From positions 7,169,909-7,233,908 of the forward strand of contig CM074804.1 in the NCBI GenBank assembly GCA_037447605.1: a DNA stretch of 64,000 bases, given 5' to 3'. The position numbers and the translations under genes are program-made. The stretch comes from Zygnema circumcarinatum SAG 698-1b. Taxonomy: Eukaryota > Plantae > Zygnematophyceae. Positions 25,229 through 45,028 of this stretch are shown in pieces; the stretch's first letter is position 1, and every line of letters starts with the position of its first letter. The notes under the pieces are model-generated. The model was not told the origin of the DNA, made no database searches, and worked only from the letters and a program-made list of their open reading frames with translations.

Positions 25229-26070
25229 TGCACAGTGTTACGTCTACAAAGCCTGTGCTGAAAAGTGCTTCACAAATAAGTCCATCTCCGTCCCAGACAT
25301 TCTCGAACCTGTATGGGTGCCATCTGCTTGTGATGACGAGGTTTGCTTGTTCGGAGTGGGCCTGTGGCTATGTAGATGGGTGAAATGCATCTGGAAATGC
25401 TTTAATCAGTAGCTATTCTCGATACATAGCCCGCACGGCTGCTCTAGTGATATCCCCCCTCAAGCAGTCCTTCTTTATGTATCAACTGATTGGAAGGTTC
25501 CCTGAAAAAGGGATCATGCCTGTTACTCTCAAATCTAATCAGACGTCTTCCAACTGGGCAAGCGGCTCACTTTCAGTGTATATGATATCCCTTGCGATTG
25601 AAATGCACCTCTGAGAAACATGTCGGCTTTCTTTCGGCTAAGGGCCCCTAATCGCCTTCAAACATCCCAAGTTCTATTGCTAGTCTGCCCCAAGCACACA
25701 TCCTTTCTCAACTTCCCCTGTGAGCCACCACGCTCTATGGACCAGAGCACCGGCCCTTGTACCCTGACTGGTCTCTTTTTATCACGATGGGATCCCCCGT
25801 CCTCGAACCGCCCCTCACCACCAAAGGTCCATTCGCGGTTGGCTACAATCGAACATCGAGGCGACAAGCACCTTCAATCTCAGAAACACCAATCACTAGG
25901 GAGATCTATATGCTTCCCAAATGCATCCCCTCTCAAAAACTAAAGCAGGTCCTCGCCAAGTGAAGTGCAACACTGAACCATCATTCAAGCCATGGAGCCC
26001 ACCCTCCCTTGGCCTGCCTTCCTGTCCCAACAACGCCCCTAGCCCTAGCCTTAGTTCCAGTCCTAGCCGA

Positions 26071-26108
26071 CATCCCATCCCATCCCATCCCATCCCATCC
26101 CATCCCAT
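26071..26108. repeat. (CATCC)n microsatellite
   Basis: 7.6 perfect units. Confidence 0.95.
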
Positions 26109-26129
26109 GTTGCACAAGTGTCCCCCCCA

Positions 26130-26600
26130 AGCCGCCCTAGCGTGGCCCCGCGGCCCCTAGGGCCCTACGGCCGCCAACAACCGACAAACGCCTCATGGCG
26201 CGCCCCCAGAAAGGTCCCGCCCCTGTAGGTTCCCCCGAACTCGGGCAGCTAAAACAAGATGACGTGGCGTCATCCCATTGGCGACATCATTTTGGGCAGG
26301 ATCGAAAATGTTCTTAGGTCGTGCTTTTGCGCCTGCCCGGCCACGTCAGCGGCCGCGTCCGCCCCGCAGGGCCCGCCCCGCCTTGGGAGTCCGCCGCGTG
26401 GCCGCCCCCCCGTCCCCGCCCTCCGCACGTGCGAGCGGCGCCACGTGGCACGCGTCCCCGCCTGCCAGCTGGCGCCTTCTGGAAACGCCTCACCGAGAGT
26501 GGGGAGCCGGCATATTGCGCGCTGAGGCCGCCCTGCTCGGCCGCCATGACGGGGGCAAACCCGGCTTAGGTCAGTTAGGGCTGACGTCAGCCCTGCGGTG
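26130..26600. promoter_or_regulatory. GC/CpG-rich island upstream of TADA1
   Basis: GATGACG-TGG-CGTCATC inverted repeat at 26258-26274, GCACGTGC at 26425, GCCACGTGGC at 26440-26449, CTGACGTCAG at 26581-26590. Confidence 0.55.
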
Positions 26601-26737
26601 GGAGGAAGTTCGGGCGAGAAGAGGAGGAGAAGCGGAGGAGGAGGAGGGGTAGACGGCGCAATCTGCAAACATATGCGGTTAGGGGGGGAAGGGGCTGCTG
26701 GATGGGATACGCTTGACAGCGCAGGGCAGCATACAGT

Positions 26738-28429
26738 ATGTGGAATAACAGAGAGAGGAGCCCGGTAGTCACATCACACCACTCACACATATCAAGCATA
26801 GCTTCTGATGGCGCGCTATACGGGGGGAAAGCAGCAGCTAACCTGAGGGGAGTGAAGCTTGCTGCACCGACTGCGGAAGCCATGACTGCAACTGCAGCGC
26901 CCTCGCAGAGCGTGCCATGGCAGGCGCCCGGAGACAGGGGTGCAGGGGGCGCGGCGGCTCCGAAGCGGCAGAACCTGCAGGAGCTGAGGGGAGAGCTTTT
27001 TGCAATGTTGAAACCTGCGCAACAGGTGGAGTATTGCAGCCTTGTGTCTGCCTTTCTTAACCTAAAACTGAGCAAGGGGGAGCTTGATAAGCTTCTGCCA
27101 GCCACTATTGGCCCGGCAAATGTTGGTCTTCATAATCGACTCATCCGAGCTGTGTTCTCCAAAGCGTGCTCTGCGGAGCCTCACCGTGGAACTTCTACGC
27201 TTCCTGCCATGCCGAGGGTGGTTAAGGTTCAAAAGAAGAGAACAGCAAGTGTAGCACAGTTGGCAAATGAGGGCATAGGAGGTGGAAGCCTTCCTGGCGA
27301 GGGTTTGGCAGGAAGGGGCGCTTCGCCTCGCATGAACGGAGATGCGATGGCATGCCCTGCGCGAAAGCCTAGGTCACCAGGCCTTAGAGAACGCTACAAT
27401 TCGGATGCAGCAAGGCCTAGGTTTTCAAGTGTGGAGGAAGGCAGGAACGGAGCTGACGTCCTTCAGAATGGTGCAGCTGCTGATGGTGACATAATGCACA
27501 ACGTCAACAGGCAGGATAGAAGGTCCTTTGACGACGGGCTTCCTCGGCCCTTGTCGAAACGACTGCGATTAGACAGAGATTTGCAGAATGAGCATATGAG
27601 ACCACCATATTTGGCTTATTCGGATAAGGTCGCTTCTGGAACGGTTGCATTTGCACACCGAGGAGGGCCCCAGGGTGCAGGCGCAGAACTCAGAGATCAC
27701 GCTTCGAGGTTGGAACACGACTTTCCGAGGGATGAACTAGAGAAGCATAGGATGGACGAAGTTGAAGATATGGAAGAGGATGAGGATGACGAGGAGATTG
27801 GTGCAGCTTGGCTGAAGGAGCCAATTCGGCCTCCTTTAGGGATTCCTTTCTGCAAAGCAAGCCCAGGGGCCGCTTCCGTTCTTCTGCAGGAGCACACCCC
27901 ACAGACTTCTTTGAAATATACTCTTCTCGGAGAGCCCTTGGAAGCAGACGCGGGTTCTCTGGAGCTGCCTGATAACATCACTCTGCAACGGCGCATGCAG
28001 CGTCTGGTACATTTGGAAGGCGGGTTGCAGGCAATTAGCTCAGATGCTGTGCAGGCGGTTGGAGTTGGCTTGGAGACCTTTGTGAAGTCAATAGCTGCAG
28101 CATGCATACGATTAGTGAAGGCAAAGAGACATAGAGAGCAAACATGGCAGGAGGAGAATGGTGGTGGGGCTGCCGTTGGAGCAGATGCCAGGCGGTCTCA
28201 TATTCCCAATAAAGCAGGCAGCAGTCCGTCGATGGCCAATGGGCTTTGGCCACATAAAGCAGAAAATCTAGCCTCTTCCCGAGCAGGTTGCGGGAGTGGA
28301 CAAGGGGGCACTGAAGGGAAAATTGCTCCTATTTCTGTGCAAGATCTGATGGTTGCAGTTGAACTCAACCCGAGGTTGTTAGGGGACGACATAGCTATCG
28401 GCTTAGAAAGGATTGCTTCATATCTTTAG
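26738..28429 (+). CDS. TADA1: SAGA complex subunit TADA1/ADA1-like, single exon (start possibly 26882)
   Basis: N-terminal Y..LVSAFLNLKLSKGELDKLL...LHNRLIRAVFSKA; PIRPPLGIPFC; histone-fold-like LPDNITLQRRMQRLV..GLQAIS.DAV.AV..GLETFVK; C-terminal ISVQDLMVAVELNPRLLG. Confidence 0.88.
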   Translation: MWNNRERSPVVTSHHSHISSIASDGALYGGKAAANLRGVKLAAPTAEAMTATAAPSQSVPWQAPGDRGAGGAAAPKRQNLQELRGELFAMLKPAQQVEYCSLVSAFLNLKLSKGELDKLLPATIGPANVGLHNRLIRAVFSKACSAEPHRGTSTLPAMPRVVKVQKKRTASVAQLANEGIGGGSLPGEGLAGRGASPRMNGDAMACPARKPRSPGLRERYNSDAARPRFSSVEEGRNGADVLQNGAAADGDIMHNVNRQDRRSFDDGLPRPLSKRLRLDRDLQNEHMRPPYLAYSDKVASGTVAFAHRGGPQGAGAELRDHASRLEHDFPRDELEKHRMDEVEDMEEDEDDEEIGAAWLKEPIRPPLGIPFCKASPGAASVLLQEHTPQTSLKYTLLGEPLEADAGSLELPDNITLQRRMQRLVHLEGGLQAISSDAVQAVGVGLETFVKSIAAACIRLVKAKRHREQTWQEENGGGAAVGADARRSHIPNKAGSSPSMANGLWPHKAENLASSRAGCGSGQGGTEGKIAPISVQDLMVAVELNPRLLGDDIAIGLERIASYL

Positions 28430-30042
28430 TTCCTCTTGGCTGTCCTGACATAAGACAGGGTAGTTCGAAGCCCGCTGATTGGCTCACACCCTAATTGCTG
28501 AAAGTACATCGTGTGTAGGATGAGGTACGGTTTATTGGTAGCCAGCAGTGATGTAAGGTGCTGCTGCCAAGTTAGGGATCGGTTAACGAATCTGGCTATC
28601 AGCGAGTTTGTTGTGCGGACCCTACCTGCCATTTGGAGGCCGCAAGGCCAACGCGGAGGTAGCTCGGAAGCACATTTTACGCCTTAACCCATGTATCCTA
28701 TGTTCATTCAACGGTTGTTTTTTACATTTGTTCAATCATAAATATGGCTGAAAGAAGTTCGGCTCCTTATTGCAACGAGTATTTTTTTATATAACTCTTT
28801 CCTCTTTCCATGGGAGTTGCTGGGGGTCTACTCTGAGTTTAAGCTTCGATTCGCAAATGTCAACCATTGTCAGTTAAGGCAGGACATAAGAATCCTTGTA
28901 CTTCCAAATCCCAGTTCACATTTATTGTTTCCTTGTTGTCCTCTCATTGTTCCCCTTATTGCAATTCAGGCATTGTACATCAGCTGCGTGGCGACGATGC
29001 AGCTTCTGCAGATGAGCTTTAGGCATTTTGCAGTAGCAGCCCCTAGGGCTGCTTCGTTTTTTTTCTTTTCTGAACAATTGTAGCCCGTGATTTTACAAAG
29101 AACGAGGATAAAAGGGTCCAAGTGATCTGCTTTCAGATGTCTGGTTTAGATTTCCTTCAGCATGGATTACAATCCAACTGGCGACTGGCGGAGTTTATGT
29201 CAGCTCCCCGCCTTTCCGAGAATGAAGGCAATAGGACGTTTGGAGTGGTTACTTTCAAGTTACTATACGGATTTCCATGGCCTCATACAAGATTTTCAGC
29301 AGATGCATTGTAATAGACACTTTACGAAGGCTTACTGCTTGATGAAGACCGAGAAGCCGAGTCTAGGACGCTTCATCGCTCATGACATTGAACAAAACGT
29401 GGTTGTCAACTGTCATATATCTTAAAGAGGGTATCAGGCCCAACAGCGCTAGATGATCCCAGACAATGTATGCCTGCGGGGAGAAGCCCCACAGCTAAAG
29501 GGCTGGAAAAGCATCTGAAAGGTTTACTGCCAACACACTGCGACCGAGACCTAAAGAGTACATGGAACTCCTTATATCAGAGATGGCTTGCAAATACATC
29601 AAACCAGAAGAGGGTTGTCCTCCCACTTGCCGAAAACCTATACAACTTCTGCAATGACTAGCTAAAGCTTGTGACACTTAATCCCGCCTAATCTCCAGGT
29701 GACGCCTCGGAAACAAGTTGAACTAACCCTCCTATCCTACACTTGAGCCTGTGCCCGATGCTCATCAAACAAGAAGTTTGCATTTCTGCAACAGCCTCCA
29801 GCCATAGTGTCTATTTGTATTGAGGCTGTCTCCTTTTCTGTCCTCAGAACTACATTCCCCATGCTAAACTGCCATCAACCTGGCTCTTAAAGAACCTATG
29901 AATCGGAGTCTATTTTTACACAAATCGAATGTCCTGTCCTTTCCATGTAAGCGTAGACCTGCTGCCTCCACCCATTCAGAAAAGTATGTACGAAGTGGCG
30001 ACCATTTTATAAACAGCGAACTGAATCTGACCAAGGGAACTG

Positions 30043-32201
30043 TCATGCCTGTCCAAATGAGTCAAGTTGAGAACGAAGGAGAAACCGTCGCGGACGACAG
30101 AGCAATCGAGCTGTGGCTGCCGTCTCCTCCTGTTCGAAAACGAACCCACAGGAGCCATACAGCTCTCTGGCCGGCATGTTTTCCGCAACTACATGCACAT
30201 ACAAATACTCGACTCCTGCAGACACACGGAGCGAGATACACAGAAAGTGGCAAACACGATCAGATTGACTTCAGGTTGACTTTCCCGGCGAGGCAAGCAA
30301 AAATGGGGAAAATAGGAGGGTGCATGCATTTTCAACGTCCAAACTAACAGCCACTCCTACCTCCAGTTCCGGCCTGGAAAACAGTCTGGAAAAGAATGGA
30401 GTGGCAGCCTTACCCCATTTTGAAGCCGTTGTTGCCGATTTCTCCAGCAAAGCAGCTGCAACACCCTTTCTTCTCGCAGCTCTTGCCACGCAAACATTCG
30501 ACAAATATGCCCGACGAAGATCTGCATCATCACCCTGCCATGGCATTGACCATAATAGTTTACTATCAGCTACAACAATCCAGGTTTCCAATCCAAGCAG
30601 ATAAAAGGATGCCTAAAACACGGTCACGATTCGCAATGCTCAGGATTAGAGGCAAGTGAGTGAAGGCACCGGGCTCAGGTGATATTTTGGGCGCTAAAGG
30701 TCGCGCGCTGTAAGCAGAAGTTGGATCGTAACTCAGCATTGGATTGCATGAAATGGAACCCCCAAAAAGGAGCTGATCAGTACCTCTGGATAACGGCCAG
30801 CCAGCTCCTCTCCCGGAAGCCGGAGTCCCAAGTTCACATCCAAAGTTCCAACAACCCACTGCTGACGTCCCTCCACCGATTCTACCTGCAAAGCCATGGC
30901 AGCATTACCATAAGTTGCTGCCATGGCTTACAATAGCGACCCATCAGCCGCAGTGGTTGGCTCGCTCATGGTCTTCTGGTGGGCATAAGCTCGCCACACA
31001 TGGCGCAATCATAAACCTTTTGGCTCGGACTAAAGTCCGCAGTCTTTCCTTGCCATTCCATGCATATAATCAGCCTGCTTGTCACCGGAAAGCCACTAAC
31101 CCAAACAAACCGCTCCTAAGACGAAACTCCGGAATGGCCTCAAAATCTCCAGAGCAGTACTCCTCACTGCGCCAGGATCAGAGTCGTCCAAAGACGACTT
31201 CTTCATGTCTAGTTTTTTACAGGGTGGCCTTGGAACTCACCGCACACGTAGGGTCGAGTTCCTCCGCTATGGATGGCAGAACTTCACCATCGCAAAGCGC
31301 GACAAGGCAGGCAACCCGCTTGAAGCCCGGCTCCCTGCCTGCCACCTTTGCTTCCAACACATGCCACTCGTCTTCTGCTCGCATCTGCCGGTGACGCTGC
31401 ACAGCATGGCATATCACGTACACGATGAAACCACGTCAAATGAAAGAAACCAACGTGGCATGCGAATTCAGCATGCCATCCTCCAGCCGCTCCTGAACCT
31501 TTAAAACGAAAATTGCATGAAAGCAGTTGTCTGAATTCAATCAATTGGTAATGGACTTAGCAGATTCAGCGAGCGATCTGCAAATAATGTCTTTCGAAAA
31601 AAGAAACACTTTTGCCGCTTTATATCATCCATAGCTCTAGTCCAATCCGATCCAAAACCTTCTCCTGAACATTCATTGCACTCAAAGGCCTCCCCTTTTC
31701 ACCGCATTGCCCATGACTCATTTGATGAACCCTGTCACCAAAAAACAAACTCAGCATAAAAGCCTCATGCTTCGTACTTCCGTTCCCGAGACCATTCCTA
31801 CGGTAATCTTTACAGAAATTACCAAAAACAAAATCTGCACCATCCTCCCAGTCGACCTGCTCTCCCAATTGCCCTTCACCATGAGAAACAGAGCCTCCCT
31901 GCCACAATCTCCAGGCGAGATTCGAACGAACCTCAGCAAACTCAGGCGACCTCCCGCTGGGAAGCGATAAGAAGGCATGCGACCTGAGGCTCGCAGCTCC
32001 CCGCAGCTCCGCTCCGCTTACCGCCAGCCGCAAAGTCAGGGGCAGAACCTCTCTCCGTGCAGGAGCCACGTCCTGCTCTGTGGCTACAGCGTACACGGAG
32101 ATCCACGAGCTTCCCGGAGAGCCCACTCGGAGCTCATCAGAAGAGGAGGAAGCCCGCCATGGCGGAAGGAAGCTGCTGACGGGCCTGCATGCGACCGCCA
32201 T
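30043..32201 (-). CDS. GCN5-related N-acetyltransferase (probably organellar), 5 exons
   Basis: Exons joined by GT-AG: LRGAASLRSHAF..RSPEFAE | RHRQMRAEDEWHVLEAKVAG | VVGTLDVN | RAYLSNVCVARAARRKGVAAALL (AcCoA-binding motif A) | LYVHVVAENMPARELY..CGF. Confidence 0.88.
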
Positions 32202-32469
32202 GGCTCCGCCTTCAAGGCTCTCCGCTGGGCCTACCCTGCCAAGCGAACGCCTCTGAGCCCCCCTCCCGTGCTCTTCTGAGGGCCCATTTCTGCGATACCG
32301 AGGCGAGAAAGAGACCCCTTTTTTCTTCGTCTTCGTCTTCGTCTTATACTGCCCAAGCGCCGTCCACACTCTTCCCTTCACTGAGGTGGATACAGTTGTA
32401 ATTATTATTAGGGAATTACTATTTACAGGGAAAAAACTGTTATTTACACACCCTTTATCTAAATACACA

Positions 32470-35202
<2,733 letters not shown>

Positions 35203-35519
35203 CTACGTTTGACCCCGGGCCAGTTTCAGCTTGCAGCAGCGCGACTTCGTCTCGGGCTCTCCCACCCCCCATTGCAGGTTCTCCTCGTTGTGTTTGACGT
35301 GATTCGATCGATGCGCAGGAGGGCGTCTCCTTCGATGCGCGCGCGGCGCCGAACGCATTTTGGCTTGTAATGTTGTGCGCGACGCGATTGCTGCGGTGGC
35401 GCAGGAGGCAAACTCCCTTGTGCGCCGCGAGCCAAGCCATCTTGTAGCCCCTCGCCCGACTGTTCGCGGCGAGCGCGAAGCTCGCCCTGATTTGGCCCTC
35501 CCTCCCTCGTGGTCGGCGC

Positions 35520-35603
35520 TTAGCGCACATTTGAGGATGTTTAGCGCACATTTGAGGATGTTTAGCGCACATTTGGGTATGTTTAGCGCACATTTGGGGA
35601 TGT
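35520..35603. repeat. 21-bp minisatellite x4 (TTTAGCGCACATTTG(A/G)G(G/T)ATG)
   Basis: Four head-to-tail copies with no spacers. Confidence 0.92.
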
Positions 35604-36092
35604 TGTGTTGTTGGCCGATCCATCACGTCGCGGTTTATTGTCGCGTGCAGCGCACCATGAAGGCGGGGCTGCTCGCGATGCGGCCCTCCGCAAGGAGCGT
35701 GCATATATATGCCCACCGTGACGTGACGCGGCCGACGAGTTTGTTCCTATGGCTATTGAGACTTTTTGTTGCCTCGACGCCCGTTTGGATGCCTGCCTTC
35801 CTTCGCTAGTGCGTGCGCCCATCGCTCCTGGAGATGTGCGCACGGCCCCGGAAGGAAGGAAGCCCTTCGGCGATCCTGGCTACTTAATATCGACAGCGCG
35901 TTTCCGTCGCCCTTCAGCGTTGCCCCGTCCTCGCTTCTCCGCTCCTTCGGCGTGAAGCTGCGGTTGGTGGTGGGCGTGTCGGTGGGCCTTCCGTCGCTCC
36001 TTCCTCCTCGCGATCTGCCGCACAACGGCGACCTTGGCGGCTGCTTCGAGGGAGGGCTGCGTTGTTGAGCCGAGGCGTAGTTTTGCGCTCCG

Positions 36093-36160
36093 AGCTTTTT
36101 CCTTTTGTGCTTAGGTCCTTTGCGACCAGTCCTTTGTGGTTCCACATGCTGCTTTTGTCC
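36093..36160. repeat. Dispersed repeat, copy 2, adjacent to the TGS1 duplication boundary
   Basis: Matches 46168-46226 at about 52/59 nt. Confidence 0.75.
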
Positions 36161-36165
36161 CAATA

Positions 36166-40173
<4,008 letters not shown>

Positions 40174-41280
40174 TTCCACCTTAGGACTGTGTGTTGCATG
40201 CCAACCAAAATAGCGGGCTTAATGTGAAGGCCAAGGCAAGTGATCGTTTATATCAGAATCCGCCTGCATAGACGCATCCAGGTTCCCCTATCAACTGTGC
40301 TTTCAGGCCTTCTTTGATTACTCTCGGTCATTTCATTTCGTAAATCGAAGCATTCCCACATAATATCACCAACATATTTACTTCTCGTCCGTCATGTAAG
40401 AGCATTCTTCAAGGAGACTCCTATGTCTAAAATAGGGCACTGTCAATGTGGCATAAAACACAAAGGCATTTAAATTGTAGTCACTGAAGGAACACTTTTA
40501 TATCACCATAGAAAAAGATCTGAGCTGAATTCAGGCTCATCCTCTATCCCTTTTTTACGATTTACCCTTGCTATGTGCTATTGTTTCTGTGTTGATGTAT
40601 GCTTCTTGATGAAAATTGCATAGCTGCTGAGAAATGACAATGCGAAGAGACGAGATCACATTTGATTGGCTGGAAAACCCGTGTAAGCTCACACGTTCCA
40701 CAGAGGATCAAATTAATGCACATGTTTATGATGAAAGGGGATGGACTCGTATACTTCTGAGCATGATATGCGCTTAACGACTTCTATAGAGCACTCGCAT
40801 TTCATTTTCCACTCCCATTCTCGCAGAAGCATACTCATTTGGTGACTGTATCGAACTCAACAATTCAGCAAAACTCTCCCTGTTCCAGTAGCCCTACTGA
40901 AACCTCTCTTCCAAGAAAACCACAAACCTTTGCAGCCTCTCACGAGCACCAAAGCGGCATCACCGCCCACAGAAAACTCGTCTTGTATACTCCTCTTGGA
41001 CCTCTCCAAAATCAGTCTCTCCTATTACAATTGCATTTGCGCACGTCTGAATCACAGCAATGGCGGAGCGAAAATAGCCCGAAAGGAAGAGAGTAAAGAA
41101 ACAAAAGAAAACATATAGACCCTGTGAGATCTATGGATGCGGGCCCTTATAGTATAAGAACTCCGTAAGGACTAACCTAAAGGCCTCACATAAACGAAAA
41201 AAAAGAAAATCTTTACATCATCGTACGATGAGGTCACGGACGACGTACGGCACCGCAAGCTTCAAAGGTGCAGGCTGTGT

Positions 41281-41288
41281 TTTCCCGC
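41281..41288 (+). promoter_or_regulatory. E2F binding site TTTCCCGC upstream of RFC3
   Basis: Exact match to the E2F consensus TTTSSCGS, 260 bp upstream of the ATG of a DNA replication gene. Confidence 0.6.
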
Positions 41289-41540
41289 CAATTCTGTTGC
41301 AGGCGGAGGAGAGGGGAAGGGAGAGAGAGCTGGCGGTTGGCCCATGCTGCAATATGCCATCAGGATCAGACTTCAGGGCGATTAGGGCAAATTCTGCCAT
41401 ACCCTTTTTCACGTAAAGAGTGGCTTTTCATTTTTTTTTTGGTCCTTGCCTCCTTTTCCTTTGCGTCTGCTCGGGAAGAATTATAAGCAGGAGAGGGGCA
41501 GGAGAATACTTCTCTTTGTCGTTTCAGTAAGCAAGTCAGA

Positions 41541-44500
41541 ATGCTGTGGGTTGATAAGCATCGACCTCGCACGCTTGATCAGATGGCTGTGCACACGGAG
41601 GTAGCGGCTCATCTGAAGAGTCTGGTGAGCTCCTGCTGGGCCCTCGAGTAACGGTCTCTGGAAGCAGCAACCACGTGTATGCTGAATTGGTGTTATCGAT
41701 TATATTTCAAGGTGCAAATGGACTTCAAATGAGTAGCTCTACTTGAACGGAAAAGGAGCTGGTGATTGACAGGCGTCCATGAAGATAATGACGCTGTCTT
41801 GCACAGGTTGCTGCTGGGGACTGCCCGCATTTGCTATTCTACGGTCCTTCTGGTGCCGGCAAGAAAACCCTTGTAACAGCTTTGTTGCATGAGATGTATG
41901 GCACCAAAGCAGAGAAGGTGAGTTCTACATGCTGAACGGCATCTGATCCATTGTCAAGAGAAGGAGTACATTTTCAAGCAAGTGCATTCAGTCAACAGCG
42001 CTCTGATTGTGATTTGGTTGTGTCTATTGCGTGATTGTTTGTCGAGTGGGAAACTTTCAAGGGACTAACTGTTCTATGGGTGGTTCATTTCACTGCCCGA
42101 ATGGCAGGTTAAGGTGGAAAACAAGCCTTGGAAAGTTGAGGTAATTTTTTTGTCCCTCGGTCTTTCTACCTGTCCTACTTTCTATGTCAGAGCAAGCAGT
42201 GTTTTTGTAGCCTTTTCTTTCGTCCAAAATGAGGTTTTATTCGTTTCTCATGTCTGGCCAGCACATGCTGTGGCAGCCAGCTGTGAAAAACACTGAAAAC
42301 ACGGAAAACAGCTGTTGACATGTCCGTCGTCGTGCAACTGCCACTTCGTGCTTTTGTCAGCAGTTTTTAAAGACAATGACGGTCTTCAGTTGGCTTGAGT
42401 ATTGCAGGCAGGTTCGAGGAAAATTGAGATTGAACTAACGACTGTCTCAAGCAATTATCATGTGGAGCTCAACCCCAGCGACGCAGGTTTTCAGGATCGC
42501 TATGTTGTCCAGGAAATCATTAAGGACATGGCCAAAAATAAGCCGTTGGATGTTGTTGGAAATAAAACCTTCAAGGGTACGCAAAAACGAAATTAACCTG
42601 TCATGAATGATACGCTGCAATGTGTTCACTCTTTTTAAGCTGATGCCAGCTTTAATTGGGGATGCATGCATCCCCTGGCGCAGAGCGTGTCGATGAGCTT
42701 AAATTGCCTCACTCAAACACAACTTTTCCATTTGTCTTGGCAGTGCTCGTTCTGAATGAAGTTGACCGGTTATCAAAAGAAGCACAGCACTCGTTACGTC
42801 GGACAATGGAGAAATATAGCTCAGCTTGCCGTTTAGTCCTTATTTGCAAGAGTGCTTCCAAGGTCATTGAGGCGGTACGATCACGATGTCTCAACGTTCG
42901 GGTTAGCGCGCCTTCAGATGAAGATGTGAGTCGACGGACAACGGGAAGCAGGGTGGAAGCTGCTACCAGAAGTCTTGCAAATCTCATCATTAGCTTTTGT
43001 CTGGGTTCGGCATCATGCAGAGGCCACTAAGGACGTTTTGCATAAGCGCTACTGCCAATCGTTGCTGTGTTTGAATATGTAATGTCTGTGTGCAGGCTAT
43101 CGTATTTTGGCAAGCCTGTTCGTTTGAGTGTTAGAACAAGGTATCTTGTTCGAGTTATTGTTGTTGCTCGTCTGCATAATGAACCCACCGTCGTTGATGG
43201 CCATCAATTCCCTTCATCGAGTTGGTGTTCGATGTGACCGTATTGTGATGCGCATCCTGAGCCTGCTTAATTACGATGCTTTAATAACTTCCTAAGCTGG
43301 TCATGCTTGCCGGGGATTGGCGGTTACAGATTGTAAGAGTGCTCACGCAGGTCGCCCAATTGGAGGGGCTGACCCTTCCAGCAGCACTCGCTGGCCGCAT
43401 CACCAACCATTCGAATCGAAATCTTCGACGAGCTGTCCTTTGCTTTGAGGCGTGTAAAGTACAGCAGTGAGTTCGACCACATTCTGTCCGTTTTTTCTGA
43501 ATCAACTTGTTTGCCTTGTATTCAGACACTATTCATTCTTGTTGCACAAGCAAAGTGTCGATGCCTATTCCCTTCATTTCACCTATTACTTTTCACAATA
43601 ACATTCTATCTTGCCAAATCGCTGGACTTGCCGCCCATTGCCACTTCGCTGATGCATTTTCTACTGTTATCCCATAGATATCCATTTACAGAAAATCAAG
43701 TAGTTCAATCAACTGATTGGGAGCTGTACATTGTTCAAATCGCATCTGACATTGTCAACGAGCAGTCTCCCAGAAGGTAGGTGTGTCTTTCACGTTATTT
43801 GCGCATGGTTTGGTAACAGTGGCTCTGCTACGTGGGAAGGAAACTGACAAGCTGTTCCAAGCATGATAATGTACCAAATTTGCCTGTTGCTTGCTCGTGC
43901 AATTATTCTATAGTGGGGTCATTTGTAATGGGTTAGCTTTCGCATGTTTCAGGTACTCGATTATTTTGTGTCAGGGATGAGACAACTTAGATTTTTTTGA
44001 ATGTTATAGCCCGTGTTTCAGGGCTCAGGCCCACAAGGGATCAACACAGGTGTTTTCAGCATTTCGATTGGAAAAAAGAGAAAAGTCTTCTCTCCAGCTT
44101 TGCGTCCTTACTCCTTACTCGGATTTTGTACATTCCCTACTCAGGCTATTTCAAGTCCGAGGAAAACTGTATGAGCTGCTAGTGAACTGCATACCTGCCG
44201 ATGTCATCCTGAAGGTCAGCTCCCTTCCTCTTCCTTTTTTTTTAAGACGTTCCATGTGTCCCATCTTTTGCACAGTATCAATTCCCTTGAAATGGTTCAA
44301 GCCTCCCCTGCAGGATCGTATGCATCCTGCTTTTGCATGCAGGCCGAGTGAGTGCTGACTTGTGGAGTGAAGCCTCAAATGATGGTCATTTCTGGATGTC
44401 GTTTCACGTTTGTTTGTGGCGCAGCGCCTCTTGTTGGAGCTCATGAAGAAACTGGACTCCGAACTGAAGCATGAAGTCGCGCACTGGGCCGCTTATTACG

Positions 44501-45028
44501 TAAGATCGATCATCCACATATACAGTGTGCATTGCTGCGTGTTTGGCCTTCACTCCTAACTGCTAAGCCTTAACCCCTAAACCCTTCCTATTGCAGGAGC
44601 ACCGACTTCAGCTCGGCCAGAAGGCGATTTTCCACTTAGAAGGTATTCGTCGTCCCATTTTTTGCATGACATGTCCCCGCCCCCCCCCCGTGCTTTCATT
44701 TCTGTGATCCGTCCCCCCTTGTGTGGCTGAAAGGGAGCTCCGTCTTGGGCATCTCTACTATATGGAGGAGCATTGGACCTGCACCACCACGGCTGAATGA
44801 ATGAATGAATGAATGCAGGCCGTACAATGTTCGCTGTTCTCTTCCTGCTTCGTGTTGATTTGGACCCGTTAGATCAGGAACTCGTTCAGGGGTACATTTG
44901 GGGTTTTGGTTGTTAACAAAACTGCGGCACATGTCTTGACATGAACAAACGTTTGTGTGTTGGCTGCAGCGTTTGTTGCCAAGTTCATGAGCATTTACAA
45001 GAAATTCCTCATCGCCCATTTTGGTTAA
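41541..45028 (+). CDS. RFC3: Replication factor C subunit 3 (human RFC3 / yeast Rfc5 orthologue), 11 exons
   Basis: MLWVDKHRP, CPHLLFYGPSGAGKKT, SSNYHVELNPSDAGFQDRYVVQEIIK, VLNEVDRLSKEAQHSLRRTMEKY, VRSRCL, RNLRRA, RGKLYELLVNCIP, HRLQLGQKAIFHLEAFVAKFMSIYK. Stop TAA ends at 45028. Confidence 0.96.
44794..44815. repeat. (TGAA)n microsatellite in the last RFC3 intron
   Basis: 5.5 units. Confidence 0.85.

Noticed and set aside
29100-29860. Short ORFs (63-87 aa) between the convergent TADA1 and GNAT genes
   Set aside because: No recognisable motifs or consistent splice structure; compatible with UTR/intergenic sequence.
35520-35603. 21-bp repeats as a CRISPR array
   Set aside because: Copies are head-to-tail with no unique spacers, there are no cas genes, and the context is eukaryotic.
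40728-40760. Box C (ATGATGA) / box D (CTGA) pair as a snoRNA
   Set aside because: Only 33 nt end to end, too short, and with no evident guide or C'/D' boxes.
44566-44586. CCTTAACCCTAAACCCT as a U12 branch point or interstitial telomere
   Set aside because: The intron has a normal U2 donor (GTAAGA), and only about two telomere-like units are present.
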